A stretch of DNA of 64,000 bases from Anolis carolinensis (GCF_035594765.1 NC_085844.1:218194107-218258106), one strand, 5' to 3'. Counted from the stretch's first letter, positions 1 to 14,211 are shown. The notes: generated by a model not told the origin, from the letters alone. Program-made: numbers and translations.

Positions 1-420
1 CCAGGAGCGACTTACAGTTTCTCAAGTTGCTCCTGACACAAAAAAAGTCAATGTTTCCATTGTGATGTGTGAATACTTAAACACCTTCTTTTTATGAAAA
101 TCTGCATCCCTCCTCTTTTTAGATGATATATTTCCTTTATTTTCTAGGGAATACATTGTGTTGACTGAGAATAACTTTGTGAAAATTTCTGTTTTTGTAG
201 TCCAAACCTATGGTATCAACCCATTCTCCTTCTCTTTTAGAATTTCCTATGACTTGAAGACACATGCATAATAATCCTAGTGCAGGAGCAGTAGGAAAAA
301 GATGGATGGCAGCCACCTACCCTCATTATAGCAGTCCCAGGAAACACCCAAAGCAACCTTTATACACACATACATCTATCTCTGGTTTATATATCAAAGA
401 ACTTAAAAGTGGGCACATAC

Positions 421-572
421 CCGCCGAGACCAGCTGTATGTGGATTAAGAATTCCTGAGCATAAGGCTGAGGCGATGGCCGCATCCACTGAGGAGCCTTG
501 CTTGTTCAACACCTCGATCCCCAGAGCAGTGCACCGGGCAGCATCAGTGACTACGGCACCCTGATGGAATAT
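421..572 (-). CDS. GGT7: GGT7 coding exon 3
   Basis: cag|ATATTC...GGCGG|gtatg; encodes IFHQGAVVTDAARC...PHTAGLGG (GGT family N-terminal motif). Confidence 0.96.
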
Positions 573-1193
573 CTGTGGGTGATACCACATTGGGTGATAA
601 TGACACTCTGTGATGGCAACTGGTTCTTCAGAAAGGGAGAACATTGCTAAGACTTGATTTTATCCATACAAATCATTTTATTTTAGCCAGTAGAGTTGAG
701 TAATTCCACAATAATTTCTGCAATTTTTCTATGCCAATATGCATTTCTTCCTGAGACTCTGGAAAGCTCCTATTAGTCACTGGTCTGTTTGAGGAAGTAT
801 GGTTGGTCTTCTGTGTCTATGGAATATGCATCCAAGAATTCAACCATCCACAGCTTTGCCATTTTATATAAAGGACATCATTTTACTATGCCATTGTATA
901 TAATGGGACCTGTGGTGTCCTGGAACTAAGCCTCAGCGGAACCACTGAATAAAGCAATTTCTTATACTGCAATATCTTGTTTGGCTGGAAAGAGCAACAT
1001 ATTTCACTATTTTTAATCTACCAATTATTTGTCTCTCAAGATTGTTGTGAGAATAAAAACTGGGAGGGGGAATTGTCATGGAAAAGAATTTTCTGGGATC
1101 ACATCTTCCTAGAGAAATATCCATTTTGTATTTCCTCAAACTAACTCCTGGGAAAGTGTGTGCTTTCCCTCAGAAATCTTCACATTTCAAAAG

Positions 1194-1243
<50 letters not shown>

Positions 1244-4200
1244 TGTATAGACAGCCCTCTCTCCCCAAGGGGCTCAGAGCGGTTTACATACCAAAAAAGG
1301 CAGACATTTGATGCCATAAAATGCATGTTGGCATAGAAAAATTGCAGACAGCTGTGCATCTGAAAAAACGAGCAAGGCTAAAATGGATATATTTGAAAAA
1401 TGCACACAAATATATGCAGACCAGTGGAGAAATTGATGAGAATATGTACATTGCATCAAAAACAAAAGCATATTTTATATGCAGAAATTTTAGAAAGATC
1501 ATAACCTACTATAGAAGTGGAACAGAACAGGTACAAAATGGAACACACCCAAATTTTATACTTAGGTGAAAATATATACTGCCTGAAGTGGCATATATTT
1601 TCACCTAGTAACAAAAGGATGAGATAAAAATGTACTTTTTAACAACTCTTGAAACAACAACACTGGAAGTTGTTTATTTAGGGACCTTCTACACTGCCAT
1701 ATAATCCAAAATATCAAGGCAGATAATCTACATTATCTGCTTTGAACTGGATTATATGAGTTTACATGGCCATATAATTCAGTTCAAAGCAGATAATGTG
1801 GGATTTTATATAGCTGTGCAGAAGGGGCCTTAGAAGCCAGAACAGTATTTACTGTGAGAAAAGCCCATCATGAGATGTGTCAGGTTGCACTTGTGCATAC
1901 AAAATAGCATGTATCCATGGAAGACTAACAGTGAGGGTAGTGAAACGTGAATGTTAATCTAAACTCCTTGACAAATAGTTCCTTCAAATGCTTCCTGATA
2001 AAGGTAAACTCATAGCATTGAATATACCAATAGCTATTTTAGCTGCTAGAATTAAGTAGATATGCAAACTTAAATCTCTTTCAAAACTTGTGCAGTAGAA
2101 TAAGTACAGCAGTTGCCATAGTTATGCTTTCCTTACCAGGCTTTACAATACAAAGAACAGAGTGTGCAAAACTAGAAGAAATTGTTATTTTTTCCCACTT
2201 CGATGTATGTACTCTTCCTATCAAAAGTGGAGGGGAATCCTCAGTCAAGTCGTTCTTCTTACCTGAGGGTCTCCAAAGTAAATCTGCATGATTAAGGCCA
2301 CCGTGACTCCTGTAGCAAACGTTAGGCAGGCGGTGATAATCACAGTCAAACCATCCTGGCGACAACTGCAATCCCCAGAGAATGGGTCCTTGGTGGTCTC
2401 CTGAAGGGGCGAGCCGTCCTGGCTGCCCATCTCCGATGAAGAGGAAGGCAGGCGCTGAAGGCGAGCAGATTTTAAGAAAGAATCGGGGTCTTTGTTCAAA
2501 AAGGAGAGAAAAGTGATAGGTGTGAATGAGAAAGAGAGATGCTCAAACAGAAACAAACTCAGATTCTTAATATTCTTCCAAAGCAAACACAATGAGATAC
2601 TCGTATTAAGCCTGCACTGCTTCCAATGAGATCACGGCTTTTCTGCATGCTCTGAGTTTTTAAAAAAACTTTCAGGCTCAGGTGCCACTATTATGCAGTC
2701 ATGTTACATGGACTTCCTATTAACCCTGTTGACAGTCTTATGACTGTAAAAAAACAAACAAACAAAAAATAAGCCCCTGTGATGCAACTATTTTGTAGTC
2801 GTATTACATAGAGTTTCTATTAACCTTGTTGACAGCCTTATGACGGTAGCAAAAAAAGCAAGCCCCTTTATACCCTCATTTGCCACTTGACTGATGTACA
2901 AAGTGGTTGGGGTCATCTAGAACTTGGGAGCAATTAGTTACAATTAACCAGTTACTGGTAAATATTTCCCAATAGCAACAATATAACTGAAATATCTCAC
3001 AACTATAAACTAGCCTCACTTCTTCCATGGTATATTTGCATTGTTTCAGTTACCTTGACAGTGTGTCATGGTAAACTGATGGAGAAGAAATGTCAGCTGG
3101 TTCAAATGTTGCCTTGTTTTTTGTTATGAAAGTTGAGATGACAATTGGGTGGAAAGGAGAAAAGTGTACTGCATTCCAATTCAACAGTTTGTAGCATTTG
3201 GGTTTTAAGAAAATAACTAAAGAGCAACTATTTTAGTTATTTTTGAGAAATTGGGAAATTAACTGTTACTTTAAGTGTATCTACAATAGTAACCAACTTG
3301 GGGTGTGCCCATAAGTGTAACTACAGTAGAGTCTCGCTTATCCAACATTCACTTATCCAATGTTCTGGATTATCCAACACATTTTTGTAGTCAATGTTTT
3401 CAATACATTGTGATATTTTGGTGCTAAATTTGTAAATACAGTAACTACTACATAGCATTACTGCGTATTGAACTACTTTTTCTGTGAAATTTGTTGTATA
3501 ACATGATGTTTGGGTGCTTAATTTGTAAAATCATAATCTAATTTGATGTTTAATAGGCTTTTCCTTAATCCCTCCTTATTATCCAACATATTCACTTATC
3601 CAACATTCTGCTGGCCCGTTTATGTTGGATAAGTGAGACTCTATTGTAATTATGTTAAAAAGCAACTTTCTCATCTCTAGTGTTGCCATCTCCAATATAA
3701 TTATTGAATGTACTTGAGAACATGCAATCTTATTTTCCCCTGCTCTGTGAAATTCAGTGCCAACAAGATGGATTGACGATCTGTAGGTCATTTGCCTGAC
3801 TATGGAATGATCTGTAGGTCATTTGCCTGACTGTTTCAGATGAAGTGACACTCATCTGCAGGATGATGTTTGCAGATTGGAAGTACCAGTTGATCTAAGC
3901 CTTGTTACCCATGGTTCAAGGACCTTCCAACATCTATGACTAGAGTGATAGTTGCAACCATTCTTACACTAAGATATTTTGACCACAGTTGCTCCCAGGA
4001 CTTGCTAATTGAGGTGTACTCATGTAAAGACTTGCAAGAAACACAGTCATTTCAGATGCTAGGCTTCTAACCAAGGGACATTATGATGCCAGTTTTGAAC
4101 CAGCTGGCTGCTGTTCCAGTTCTGAGCATCATTCAAAGCACTTGTCTTCTTAGGATATAAGATGAAAAGCCTTCTTTCTATACACACAGCTCCCACGCAC

Positions 4201-7200
4201 TGAATTAACATGAGAAACTTGTCTCTGGATGTCTTTGCTTTCCAAAGTTACGTAGGTGGCCAGAAGAGAAATGATATTTTCATTACAGTGGCCAAGTATT
4301 GAATCTAGAACCTTATTGGACTGTAGGGGTTACAGTATTTGTATTTGCCATCCTGTTACTATTTTTTCATAAAAACACTAGAAGCGAACACTGTATCCAT
4401 CATGAACAGTGTTATCTCAATGAGAGGTATGTAAAATAAATGCATAGTTACTGCTCTGCAAAATTTTAATGAGTGATTTTTTTCATCTTAAATTTTCAAA
4501 ATCATTTATATCTATGCTGGCTGAGGAATTCTGGGTGTTGAAGTCCCAAAGGTAGCTCATAGAAGTTCTGATCTAATGCAAGATATTCTTAGATCAAAAC
4601 ATTTACAACTGTGTTCACTGCAGAGTATTTGTTCTATAGCACCTGTATCTACCATGTGGATATGGATGACTGATGGATGAAGCCCACAATCCACACTGAT
4701 TTCAGACATGATAGATGATTGACATGAGAACCTTGAAATAATCGCTTTCCCCAAAGTGGTCAATTCCTTCTTTACACCCAATGCTTTTCCTTTAAATCAT
4801 CCCACAAGAAAACCTGGGATCCAAAAAGTGAAAGATTCCCATGAAAGTAAACAGAGGATTAAGGTATTTCTCTTGTATTTGGAAGTTGAAAAAAAAACAC
4901 CTGCTTTGAGGAAATTGTTCCATCCCTCTTGGATGGAAAGCAGAGTGTCATGCCACACCTCCAATCAGTATGAAGTTGGGCACTGAGCCCCACCCTTGGC
5001 CATGACTACAAATTCTAAGCAATGGGAACAATTGTCTGTGTTTATTTTCTTCCTTCAAACTAATCTTCAAGTATAACATGACATAAATTAAACTCACCCA
5101 AGACGTCTAAGTTTAACCCATCTCGGTTCATTAAACAACATGACTTGGACATTTTTTCATGAATACAGGAGGAAAAGCAATTCATATTGTATTTAATTCA
5201 TATTAGATTATATTTACTTAAAGCTTGCATACAATGTTTCCTAATAAAATGAGCATGTTTCCATAATGTACATTATAGCATAATAGCTATAAAATGAGCA
5301 TGTTTCCAGAATGTACATTGTAGCACAATAGCCTGACTAAACATTAAAGGCAAAAGTTCCTCTAATCAAGTCAGACTTAGTATTTGGAATGCCAAGTATT
5401 ATGAGCTGTATTTCTGTGGAAGGAATTGGCAAACCACCTCTGAGTATATCTTGCCTAAGAAAAAACTTTTTTTTTCGTGTCAGGAGCAACCGGAGTTGCT
5501 TCTGGAGTGAGAGAATTGGCCATCTGCAAGGACGTTGCCCAGGGGACGCCCTGATGTTTTGATGTTTTACCATCCTTGTGGGAGGCTTCTCTCATGTCCC
5601 CGCATGGAGCTGGAGCTGAAAGCGGGAGCTCATCCACGCTCTCCCCGGGTGGGATTCGAACCTGGCAGCCTTCAGGTCAGCAACCCAACCTTCAAGTCAC
5701 GAGGCTTTTATCCCCTAGGCCACCAGAGGCTCCTAAAAACTATGAAAAGGAGACTTCAAGGTACATACACTGTACATTGTGTCTGAATGTACTTTGCTAG
5801 AATTCTAGTTGCTTCAGAAGAACACATGGAATTAAAAGTCAATCAAGTAAAAAAGAAATAGTAACCAAGATATCTCAATTTTGTCTTCTTTCTGCTAAAC
5901 AGGTACTCAGGTCAGCTTTCTAGTACTGAAAATAACATTTTTAAAAAATCACAAATGTGTATATTCAAGAGACATTAAAGTCTAATATTGGTTCCCTACA
6001 AATACTTTTTTTCAAAGACAATAAATAATTTTAGATATCCGAGAGCATGACAATTAACCAATGATGACATAAAATAACACCATTATGTTACCATTAATGA
6101 GAAAATGCCAAAACTGGCACAGAACTGTCACTTTCTAGTCAATATTTATCAACACATTGCCATTAATATATAATTAGTGGACAGAAGGTAAAAAAATTCA
6201 CACAAAATCAACAGCCACGAATTACAAAAACTATGCTTGGGCTTCAGGTTTAGGGCAGTTTCAGATATTAGTCTTCTTCAACATCTTTAGAAATTTCATG
6301 GACATTTGACACACTGGCATGTCAATATCTGAAAAACTAGACATCTGCTTTACTGATTTTTATCCCAATGTCTGTGAGTCAAAAGCTCAAATCATGCATG
6401 TATTTTCAAGTGCTTTAACAAAGCTTTTAAAGCTTTAGATGTTACCTAGAAACTTAGACTTCCAAAGTTGGAAGGGCCATCCTGAGTCTTTCAAGTTCAT
6501 ATGTGGAGGGGCCAAGCATTTTCTCCTGACTGTCCCCAGGGCCCTTCTTGGCAGTCTCTGTATCCCAGGATCTGATCCCAGGTTTTCTGCTTTAGACTGG
6601 ATTATAGGAGTTCCCGTTGCCAGATAATCTGGTATATACAGAAAACCTAGGATCAGATCTTGGGATATAGGGACTGCCTGGAAGGGCCTAAGGAAGAGTA
6701 TTATAGTTGTATCCATTGTCTACACCATTTTGCGTTCCTGGAAACTCACCAGGGACTGGTACTTGGGCCACTATTTTGAGTGGCAATGATCTTGTTTAAC
6801 CCTTTATTCCAAACCACACATAACTCTTTTCTCATTTTAAGTGTCACTACTTCCTTTCCAACTAGTGTAGACAGTTCCTTACCTGTTGTCGTGATGTGCC
6901 TTCAGCCACTTCCAACTTACGGCAACCCTAAAGTGACTTTATCTTTGTTTTTCTTATTCTATGACTATTTCTTATTAATTAGATGTCTTTAAAAACAATA
7001 AAAATAAGGCTTGTGCGATGCTTAAATGTCCTTTGAGTAAAGCAACCAGGTAAAGACAATGAAATGACGCAGTATTTAAAGCAGGGGTAGGGATCATGTG
7101 GCCCTCCAGATTTTGATGGGCTGCAATTCCCAGAATTCCTCACCACTGGCTATGCTAAGAGGGACTATGCTGGAAATTAGATTTCCAACATCTGTACTGG

Positions 7201-10200
7201 GATGTATAATTCCCACCTTTAAAGCAAATTTGCTTCTTTTCATTTCCAACCAAAAATACACATGCATTCATGCAACCTAAGTTAAAATGTTTAAAAAGCC
7301 AATCCCGTGAGTATGGTTAAAAAGAAGTGGGTTAATGGGGATTGAAAATAAACTTCAGTTAGACTGGTTGGTCACAGGATGATACAGAAAAGCTAAAACA
7401 CACAAATGGAAATGTTTCTTCCTGCATAACCAATATGTTTAGATGTAATATTCAAGTACTGTACATTTGAAATTGCATTTCTTTCTCCCAAGCGCCAACA
7501 ATGGGAGAGAGACTCTTAGAACTTTCCAAGTGTAAAGTCATTTCCACTATTTTATCAGGGTCAAGACCCATTTACTAAGGAGGAACAGGAGAAAGCAGCA
7601 TTTCTTTAACTCACTCAAAACATGACAATAAATTATCAGATGTTTCTTGTTTTGTAGTTATAGTGACCAGGAAAATTAATGTCTGCCATTAAAATGTATT
7701 GTGAACAAAAGAAATGATGATTAGGTCTCTAAAGAGAAATGTGTTTATACAAAGGAGAGACATTTTTATTGCTTATGAATTATATTTAGCAGTAAGATCA
7801 GTAATTCCCAACCTGTGGTCCATGGACCACCAGTGGTCCCCAAGAAATAAAATATGGTCTGCGGCCTCACCGTTACTACACCGTTGCAACGAGAGCAACT
7901 GGTCTCACGAAACCCCCTTATAGTGCTGAGGCAATGGAGATATCAGGAGGGGGGAGGCTGACTACCCACAAAAGGCACGACAACAAGCCTCCTGACTGTT
8001 GCTTCTCCCCCCCTCCTTCCCCTTGAACAGAGCAGTTCTATGTGATGCCTGGAAGTGGGGGCGCCTTAGTGTCTTCGTTTTTAGACCTGTTCCTAGGGTT
8101 TTTTGTGGCGCTGATTCAAAAAATTGCACTGGATAGATCACATCAGCTCTAGATTATTAAAAACAGTTTTGTTAAACATGGTTTTCTGTGGGCAAGCAGA
8201 TGGCAACTACTGGATGGTATATGTTCTGTATCAGAAACTAGAAATGTATTTATTTATTTCTCACATTTATATCCCACCCTTCTCACCTGAAGGGACTCAG
8301 GGCGGCTTACAGTAATGGCAGGAATTTGATGCCCATACAAAATCAATATCAAACAATGGGTAAACAGTTAAAAACTATTAAAATACAATATAAATTACAA
8401 TATATAATTTCAAACATAAAATCATATCCGTTTATCTTAGAGAAACCTCATACTTTGTCTGTAGTTCAGTCCGTGTCATCTTTGCCATTTATTGATTAAA
8501 AGCCTGGGCACACAGCCACATCACGAAATGATGTGGTCTATCAAATGCAATTTTCTGAATCAGCACCCCAAATAACCAAACTGAACCTAAAGTTGACCAA
8601 AAACTGATTTGGTACCCTTTTGGTACTAATGTTGGATAGTGGTCCCTTGTCAAAGTGGTCCCTGGTCATGTAGTCTCTGGTCAAAGTGGTCCCTGGTTAA
8701 AAAAAAGGTTGGGAACTACTGAGTAAGATGAAGTAAAAATCTCTGAGCATTTGAAATAGTATTATTATTTCTACCCTGTTTTCTCTCTCTAAAAAGAGAG
8801 GTTAGTGAAAATACTTGCATGGGATCCCATCAGGTATTTTACACACTGTCAAGCAATGGAGCAAAGTCCAAAAAGCAATCTTTCATAACTTAAATCAAAT
8901 GATGCACAGGCACATGAAAGAAACAAATGTAAAATATTGACATATAAACCATGGGTTTATGGAAATAAAATATTTATTGACATGTACAAACTTTAGACAT
9001 TTAGGATGATAACAATAAAACAAAGCATGACTTCATTTACAGGATGGGAAGATCAGACCAAATTGAAAATAAATATGAAAGGGAATGATGATGATAAAGT
9101 CAGGATGGAACAACAAAATGAAAGAAAGCACTGTCTTTATGCATCAGTTTTGATGTCCTGAATCAGACATACTTCACATGTTCCAAATCAGCAATGGAAG
9201 AAGCACCTGTGACTTGTGCTACCTATCTCCTTCTGTGTATTTTAAAGCAGGGCTGGAATACTTTGCCCAGTATAACTGCTGTAAGTTCCTGAAGTGATCT
9301 TCCAAACTCACAAATCTCCTATGGGTGAAAAATCAATATACTTCTCTTTCTCCATTATAAGTAGAGGCAATGAAAGAAAAGGTATGTGGTTCATTTTTAT
9401 TACAGTGTTGGGCTCAACACTTATTTTACAACCATTTGTTAGATAGATAGGGACAACAAGCCTAACTTATATGAAGCAACCCAGTGAAAGAAAGTAGTCA
9501 ATGAGAAAGGTTAAAAAGCCCTATCTGAAGATGCTGGGAAATGTATACTTTGCCTATTTAGTTGGCTTTGGCTGGCATCTTGCTTGTTAGTCTCTAAAAT
9601 AGACTCATTCAATCTATTCTTGAATGGTGAGTCAACACATAGTTAAATGTAATGAATTCAATTGGTTTATTCTATTCAAGACTATAATAGGATTTAGACC
9701 CTATTTTTACAGGTGGCAATCAATACCTGTTGGCTTGTTCATTGATTTGAATGTGTTGGATTGCTTTTGCAAATTCTCTGACTAATGATTTCCAATCTGA
9801 TGACTTTCCAGAATAGAGTATGCTAAGAGCTCTAAATACGTAAGGACTAAAACTGTAGAACAGACAGGGAGTATACAAACCCCAAGGTCTGTATGCAATC
9901 TGGCCCCACTGTAGAAGTGCATCTACACTATAGAATTAATGCAGTTTGACACTTCTTTAACTTTTATGGCTCAACACTATGGATCCATGGAAGTAGTAGT
10001 TTAATGAGTTCTTTAGCCTTCTCTGCCAAAGAGTGCTGGTGTCTCACTAAACTACAAATCTCAAAATTCCATCGTATTAAGCTAGGGCAGTTAAAGTGGC
10101 ATCAAACTGCATTAACTCTACAAATGCACCCTCAGTGATAAGAAAACTCTGGTAGGACAATATTTCAAATTGAAGTGAGGCTTTTAAGGGTATCCACCTA

Positions 10201-13200
10201 ACTAAATAAAGTTTAGAAGATGCATTTGCAGTAGGAAGACAATGCAACAGACTCGGCACCTCTCTGAACAATCATAAAACTAATTATCAAAATGGCTCGA
10301 AGTGTCAAATATGACTTTCTTGCCATCCTTTGTGATTTAACTCAGCACTTGGCATTCACAGGTATGTTCTCTCCACAGTTGGGTCCAAAGCTAATGGTTA
10401 AATGGGGACTGGGCCAAATGGAAGAAAATTCCCTTCTTTCTCCACTACCCCTCCTCTATTTTATCTCCCTCTCTACTTCCAGCGAATGAGCAAAGGCCAG
10501 ATTATTCCTGCAGAGCCCTGAACTGTCCATTGAAGGATGTTTTCTAAAATATAGGCCAAGGGCTTCATGAGATCAGAAGAAGGACTGAGCACCAAAAGGG
10601 TGAAAAATACCTGCACTGTCCTCTTCAGCCCCGACCTTCCTATGTCAGGTTTCTTGACACGTTTCCAGAGAGATTTCCATGCACTCTCAAATGCATGTAA
10701 AAATTTCCACACTTTCAGATAAACATGGAAATGGAGGCCAGCATGCAATGGGATATCATAGTTGCAAGCATATTTTACACCCTGAAATCATCCTATGTTC
10801 ACCTGGATACTTACAGAGGATGAAGATCTCTACATTCTTTGTGATAGAAAGAACTAGACCCAACTAAACCTAGCTTTCTGAAGCTTTCAAAGTTGTGAGA
10901 CAGCTCCATTGTAGAATTAAGACTGTGTGGCACCACTTTAACTTTTTTTTTTTTTTCGTGTCAGGAGCAACCGGAGTTGCTTCTGGAGTGAGAGAATTGG
11001 CCGTCTGCAAGGACGTTGCCCAGGGGACTCCCGGATGTTTTGATGTTTTTACCATCCTTGTGGGAGGCTTCTCTCATGTCCCCGCATGGAGCTGGAGCTG
11101 ATAGAGGGAGCTCATCCACACTCTCCCCAGGTGGGATTCGAACCTGGCAGCTTTCAGGTCAGCAACCCAACCTTCAAGTCACTTAGTCCACTACGCCATC
11201 TGGGGGCGTACTACCATGGCTCAATGTACTGGAATCATGGGAGTTGTAGATTTACAGGTCTGCCCTTCTCTGCCAAAACATGCAAGTGCCCCACCAAATT
11301 ACAAATCCCAGGATGCCATAGCACTGAGCCAGGGCAGTTAGAGTAGTGTCAAACTGAATTAATTCTATGGTCTAGATGCACCCTAATAAAGCTTTTTTTC
11401 ATATTAATGTTAAGATTTCTCAAAAGATCTTGAAGAGTTCAGAAGATAATGATGGAAAGCAGGGGACTGATCTTGTGTAGTTTGTTGGGCAAGGGGGATA
11501 CTTAAACCAAGAATAATGTTCTTCAGAAACGACATGTTATCAATGAATATGGAAGAATGACAGTTACTTAACAACAAAGTCTGGAAAAGTAATTTTGGAC
11601 TACACCTCTCAGAGTCCCTTAAATGGCTGGGGAAAGACAGATTCTGGTAGCTAGAGTCTCCCAAAAAAGTAACTTTCGTAAGTTCTAAGGTATCCTAGGC
11701 TGCAGGACTGAGAGAGATTGTCTCATCTTTTTCCTAGTAGAGGGAAAGCTGTTTAAGGGACTCAAAAAGATAAGAAAAGGTTGAAGACAATAGGAAATGG
11801 CAAGATACATGAAAAGAGGCAGCAGCAACCTGGGGTGCACTGATGTTGTAGAATTAATGTCATGGCTCACTGCTAGGGAATCATGGGAGTTGTCGTTTTA
11901 TGAAGCCTTCAGCATTCTCTGACAAGGAGGGCTGGTGTCTCACTAAACTACAGCTGTGGCTGTTAAAACCCTATCAAATGCTATTCACTCTAGAGTGCAG
12001 ATCAGGCCTCCTCAAACTGCGACCTTCCCGCTGTTTGGGTCTCCAACTCCCAGAAGCCCTAGCCAGCTTGTTCAATAGTCAGCAATTCTGGGTGTAGGAC
12101 GGCAACGTTTGAAGAAGCCTAGTGTAGATGCCCCCCAAAGTCTTTAGCCTTCTCTGCTAAAGAGAGTGTTAGTGCCTCACCTAACTATTCATAGCACTAA
12201 ACCAACAATGTGATGTGACAGCTAAAAAGCCAATGGGATTTTGGGCTGCATAAACAGAAGTATAGTGTCTAGATCCAAGGAAATCATGCTACCCCTCTAT
12301 TCTGCCTTGATCAGACCACACCTGGAATACTGTATCCAATTCTGGGCACGGCAATTGAGGGGAGATGTTGAAAAGCTGGAATGTATCCAGAGGAGGGTGA
12401 CTAAAATGATCAAGGATCTGGAGAACAAGCCCTATGAGGAGCGGCTTAAGAAACTAGGAATGTTTAGCCTGCACAAGAGAAGGCTGAGAGGAGACATAAT
12501 GGCCATGTATAAATATGTGAGGGGAAGTCATAGGCAGGAAGGAACAAGCTTGTTTTCTGCTGCCGCTAGGACAGAACATCTTCAAACTACAGGAAAGAAG
12601 ATTCCACTTGAACATCAGGAAGAACTTCCTCACTGTGAGAGCTGTTCAGCAGTGGAACTCTCTGCCCCGAACTGTGGTTGAGGCTCCTTCTTTGGAGGCT
12701 TTTAAGCAGAGGCTGGATGGCCATCTGTCAGGGGTGCTTTGAATGTGATTTTCCTGATTCTTGGTGGGGGTTGGACTGGATGGCCTATGAGGTCTCTTCC
12801 AACTCTATGATTCTATGAGCCAGGACACTTAAAGTGGTACCAAGCTGCATTCATTCTACAGTGTTTCCCAAATTCTGGCTTTTCAAGGGTTTTGGACTCC
12901 AGCTCCCACCAGTCCTATTCATTGGCCAAGATAGTGGGGTACACTGCCTTAGAGTGTGATGGAGTCTACTTCTCTTGCGGGGGTTTTAAGCAGAGGCTGA
13001 ATGGCCATCTGTCAGGAGTGCTTGGGTGGTGTATTACTGCCAGGCAGGGGGATGGACTGGATGACCTTTGGGGGTCCCTATTGGGAGTTGAACTCCATAG
13101 TGCCCCTCCCCTCCCGCTCTGGAACTCGCTCCCTAGGGAGACCAGGCAAGCCCCCACCCTGATGGCATTTCGGAAAAGCCTGAAAACTTGGCTTTTCACC

Positions 13201-13580
13201 CAGGCCTTTGGTTAAGATCGCCCATCCCCATTATAATCATAATTATATTCCTCGACCTTTTATGTTGGTCGCACTTCTCCTGGTTAATTGATATTGGCTC
13301 AGGCCTCCTCTCTTCCCAGATTGACCTCAAATGAACTTGTAGCACTTTATCTAAGTTTTAATCCGCAACTTATACTGTGCACTTTGCTAATCTACTATTA
13401 CGGCCTCACTGTTTCTAATAAGTTTTTTTAAAAAAAATTCTGGTTAGTGTGTAAATGCTATTACTGGTGCATGCTATTGTTTGTTGATTTATTGTATATT
13501 GTTATTGTTTTTGTATCTGATATTTCTGTGAGCCGTCCAGAGTCCCCTTTGGGGGAGATGGAGGCGGGATACAAATTAAC

Positions 13581-13627
<47 letters not shown>

Positions 13628-14211
13628 GCCCTTGGAGAAGGAGGAGGAGTTTGGGAGTCCTTGGTGAAGATCAGAGGATGCTGGTGCACTTGACATGGAG
13701 GGAGGAGGGACCGGGGAGGAAGAGGGCTGAGAGGCAGGAAGGGGAGGAGGAGGAGGAGGAGGGGAGGAGAGGGCTGGAGGAAGGGGAGGAGGAGGGTGGC
13801 CTTGGCTGCAGGGGAGCCTGCACCGCGGAAGGGTCCTGGGCAGGTGCCAGGCGCTTCTAGGGCGGGATGACGCAGGAAGGGGCATCCAAGGGAGAAGACG
13901 CTCCGAGGGAGGAGGATGGATGCATGGGTGGATGGAGGGAGGATGGAGGCAGGCAGGCAGGCAAGCGGGTGTCCCTCCTTCCCGCTCTCACCGGTCTCCT
14001 GCTCCCCGAGGAAGGCGTCCTCCTCCTTGCGGGAGCGGAGGCAGCTCTCCGAGCCTCCTCCTCCCGCCACCGCCGCCTCCTCCTCGGGCAGCCGGGGGAA
14101 GCTGGTGATGCTCATGTAATCCACGGGGGAATAGGCGCCCAGGCTGCTCTGCTGGCTCGCCTCCTTCTCCGCCGCCGCAGCCGCCGCCGCAGCTGCTGCC
14201 GTGCTCGCCAT
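421..14211 (-). CDS. GGT7: Glutathione hydrolase 7 / gamma-glutamyltransferase 7, 5' part; join(14211..13992, 2489..2263, 572..421); the gene continues beyond the left edge
   Basis: Spliced translation MASTAAAAAAAAAAEKEASQQSSLGAYSPVDYMSITSFPRLPEE...FLGEQETD|PDSFLKSARLQRLPSSSSEMGSQDGSP...LTFATGVTVALIMQIYFGDPQ|IFHQGAVVTDAARCTALGIEVLNKQGSSVDAAIASALCSGILNPHTAGLGG matches mammalian GGT7. All junctions are GT-AG and phase-consistent (1, 0, 2). Confidence 0.97.
1195..1243. repeat. (AAT)n microsatellite; similar tracts at 13581-13626, 27889-27931, 36038-36099, 56571-56627
   Basis: Direct reading; mostly L2 tails. Confidence 0.95.
2263..2489 (-). CDS. GGT7: GGT7 coding exon 2 (includes the type II transmembrane anchor)
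   Basis: aag|ACCCCGAT...CCTCAG|gtaag; encodes DPDSFLKSARLQRLP...VIITACLTFATGVTVALIMQIYFGDPQ. Confidence 0.96.
3324..3646. mobile_element. Tc1/mariner-type MITE (other copies 21791-22098, ~34098-34411, 41627-41914, 61060-61382)
   Basis: TIR CAGTAGAGTCTCRCTTATCCAAC with TA TSD. Confidence 0.9.
5467..5733 (-). mobile_element. Poly(A)-tailed tRNA-derived SINE (second family; other copies at ~1-46 +, 10943-11207 -, 51305-51540 -, 59795-60048 +, 61898-62155 -, 63035-63270 +)
   Basis: B-box GGTTCGAATCCC, shared body ...GAGAAGCCTCCCACAAGGATGG...CTCCTGACACG(A)n. Confidence 0.88.
7799..8721. mobile_element. Non-autonomous hAT element interrupted by an L2 tail (~8245-8520); related copy at 63429-63863
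   Basis: TIR CAGTAATTCCCAACCT / AGGTTGGGAACTACTG; perfect 8-bp TSD AGTAAGAT at 7791-7798 and 8722-8729. Confidence 0.9.
9916..10131. mobile_element. Palindromic MITE family (Harbinger-like ends G(G)TGCATCTACAC); other copies ~19755-19970, 28870-29070, 50581-50790, 58760-58975
   Basis: GTGCATCTACACTATAGAATTAATGCAGTTTGACAC...TCAAACTGCATTAA...ATGCACC. Confidence 0.75.
12203..12818 (+). mobile_element. CR1 LINE 3' fragment
   Basis: LGCINRSIVSRSKEIMLPLYSALIRPHLEYCIQFW RT C-terminus; (ATTCTATG)n-type tail. Confidence 0.93.
13105..13626 (+). mobile_element. L2 LINE 3' fragment with (TTA)n tail
   Basis: LWNSLPRETRQAPTLMAFRKSLKTWLFTQAF; 3' stem GAGTCCCC..GGGGAGATGGAGGCGGGATACAAAT; related tails at ~1245, 8250, 24290, 35990, 43530, 52120, 55900, 59180. 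Confidence 0.88.
13992..14211 (-). CDS. GGT7: GGT7 coding exon 1 (with poly-Ala tract)
   Basis: ATG at 14211; LGAYSPVDYMSITSFPRLPE motif; donor G|gtgag at 13992/13991. Confidence 0.95.

Noticed and set aside
3778-3832. 24-bp direct duplication (GATCTGTAGGTCATTTGCCTGACT x2); similar ~45-bp duplication at ~5265-5335
   Set aside because: Ordinary local slippage duplications in intron sequence with no further structure.
6435-6716. 93-aa minus-strand ORF in GGT7 intron 1
   Set aside because: No recognisable homology or convincing splice signals.
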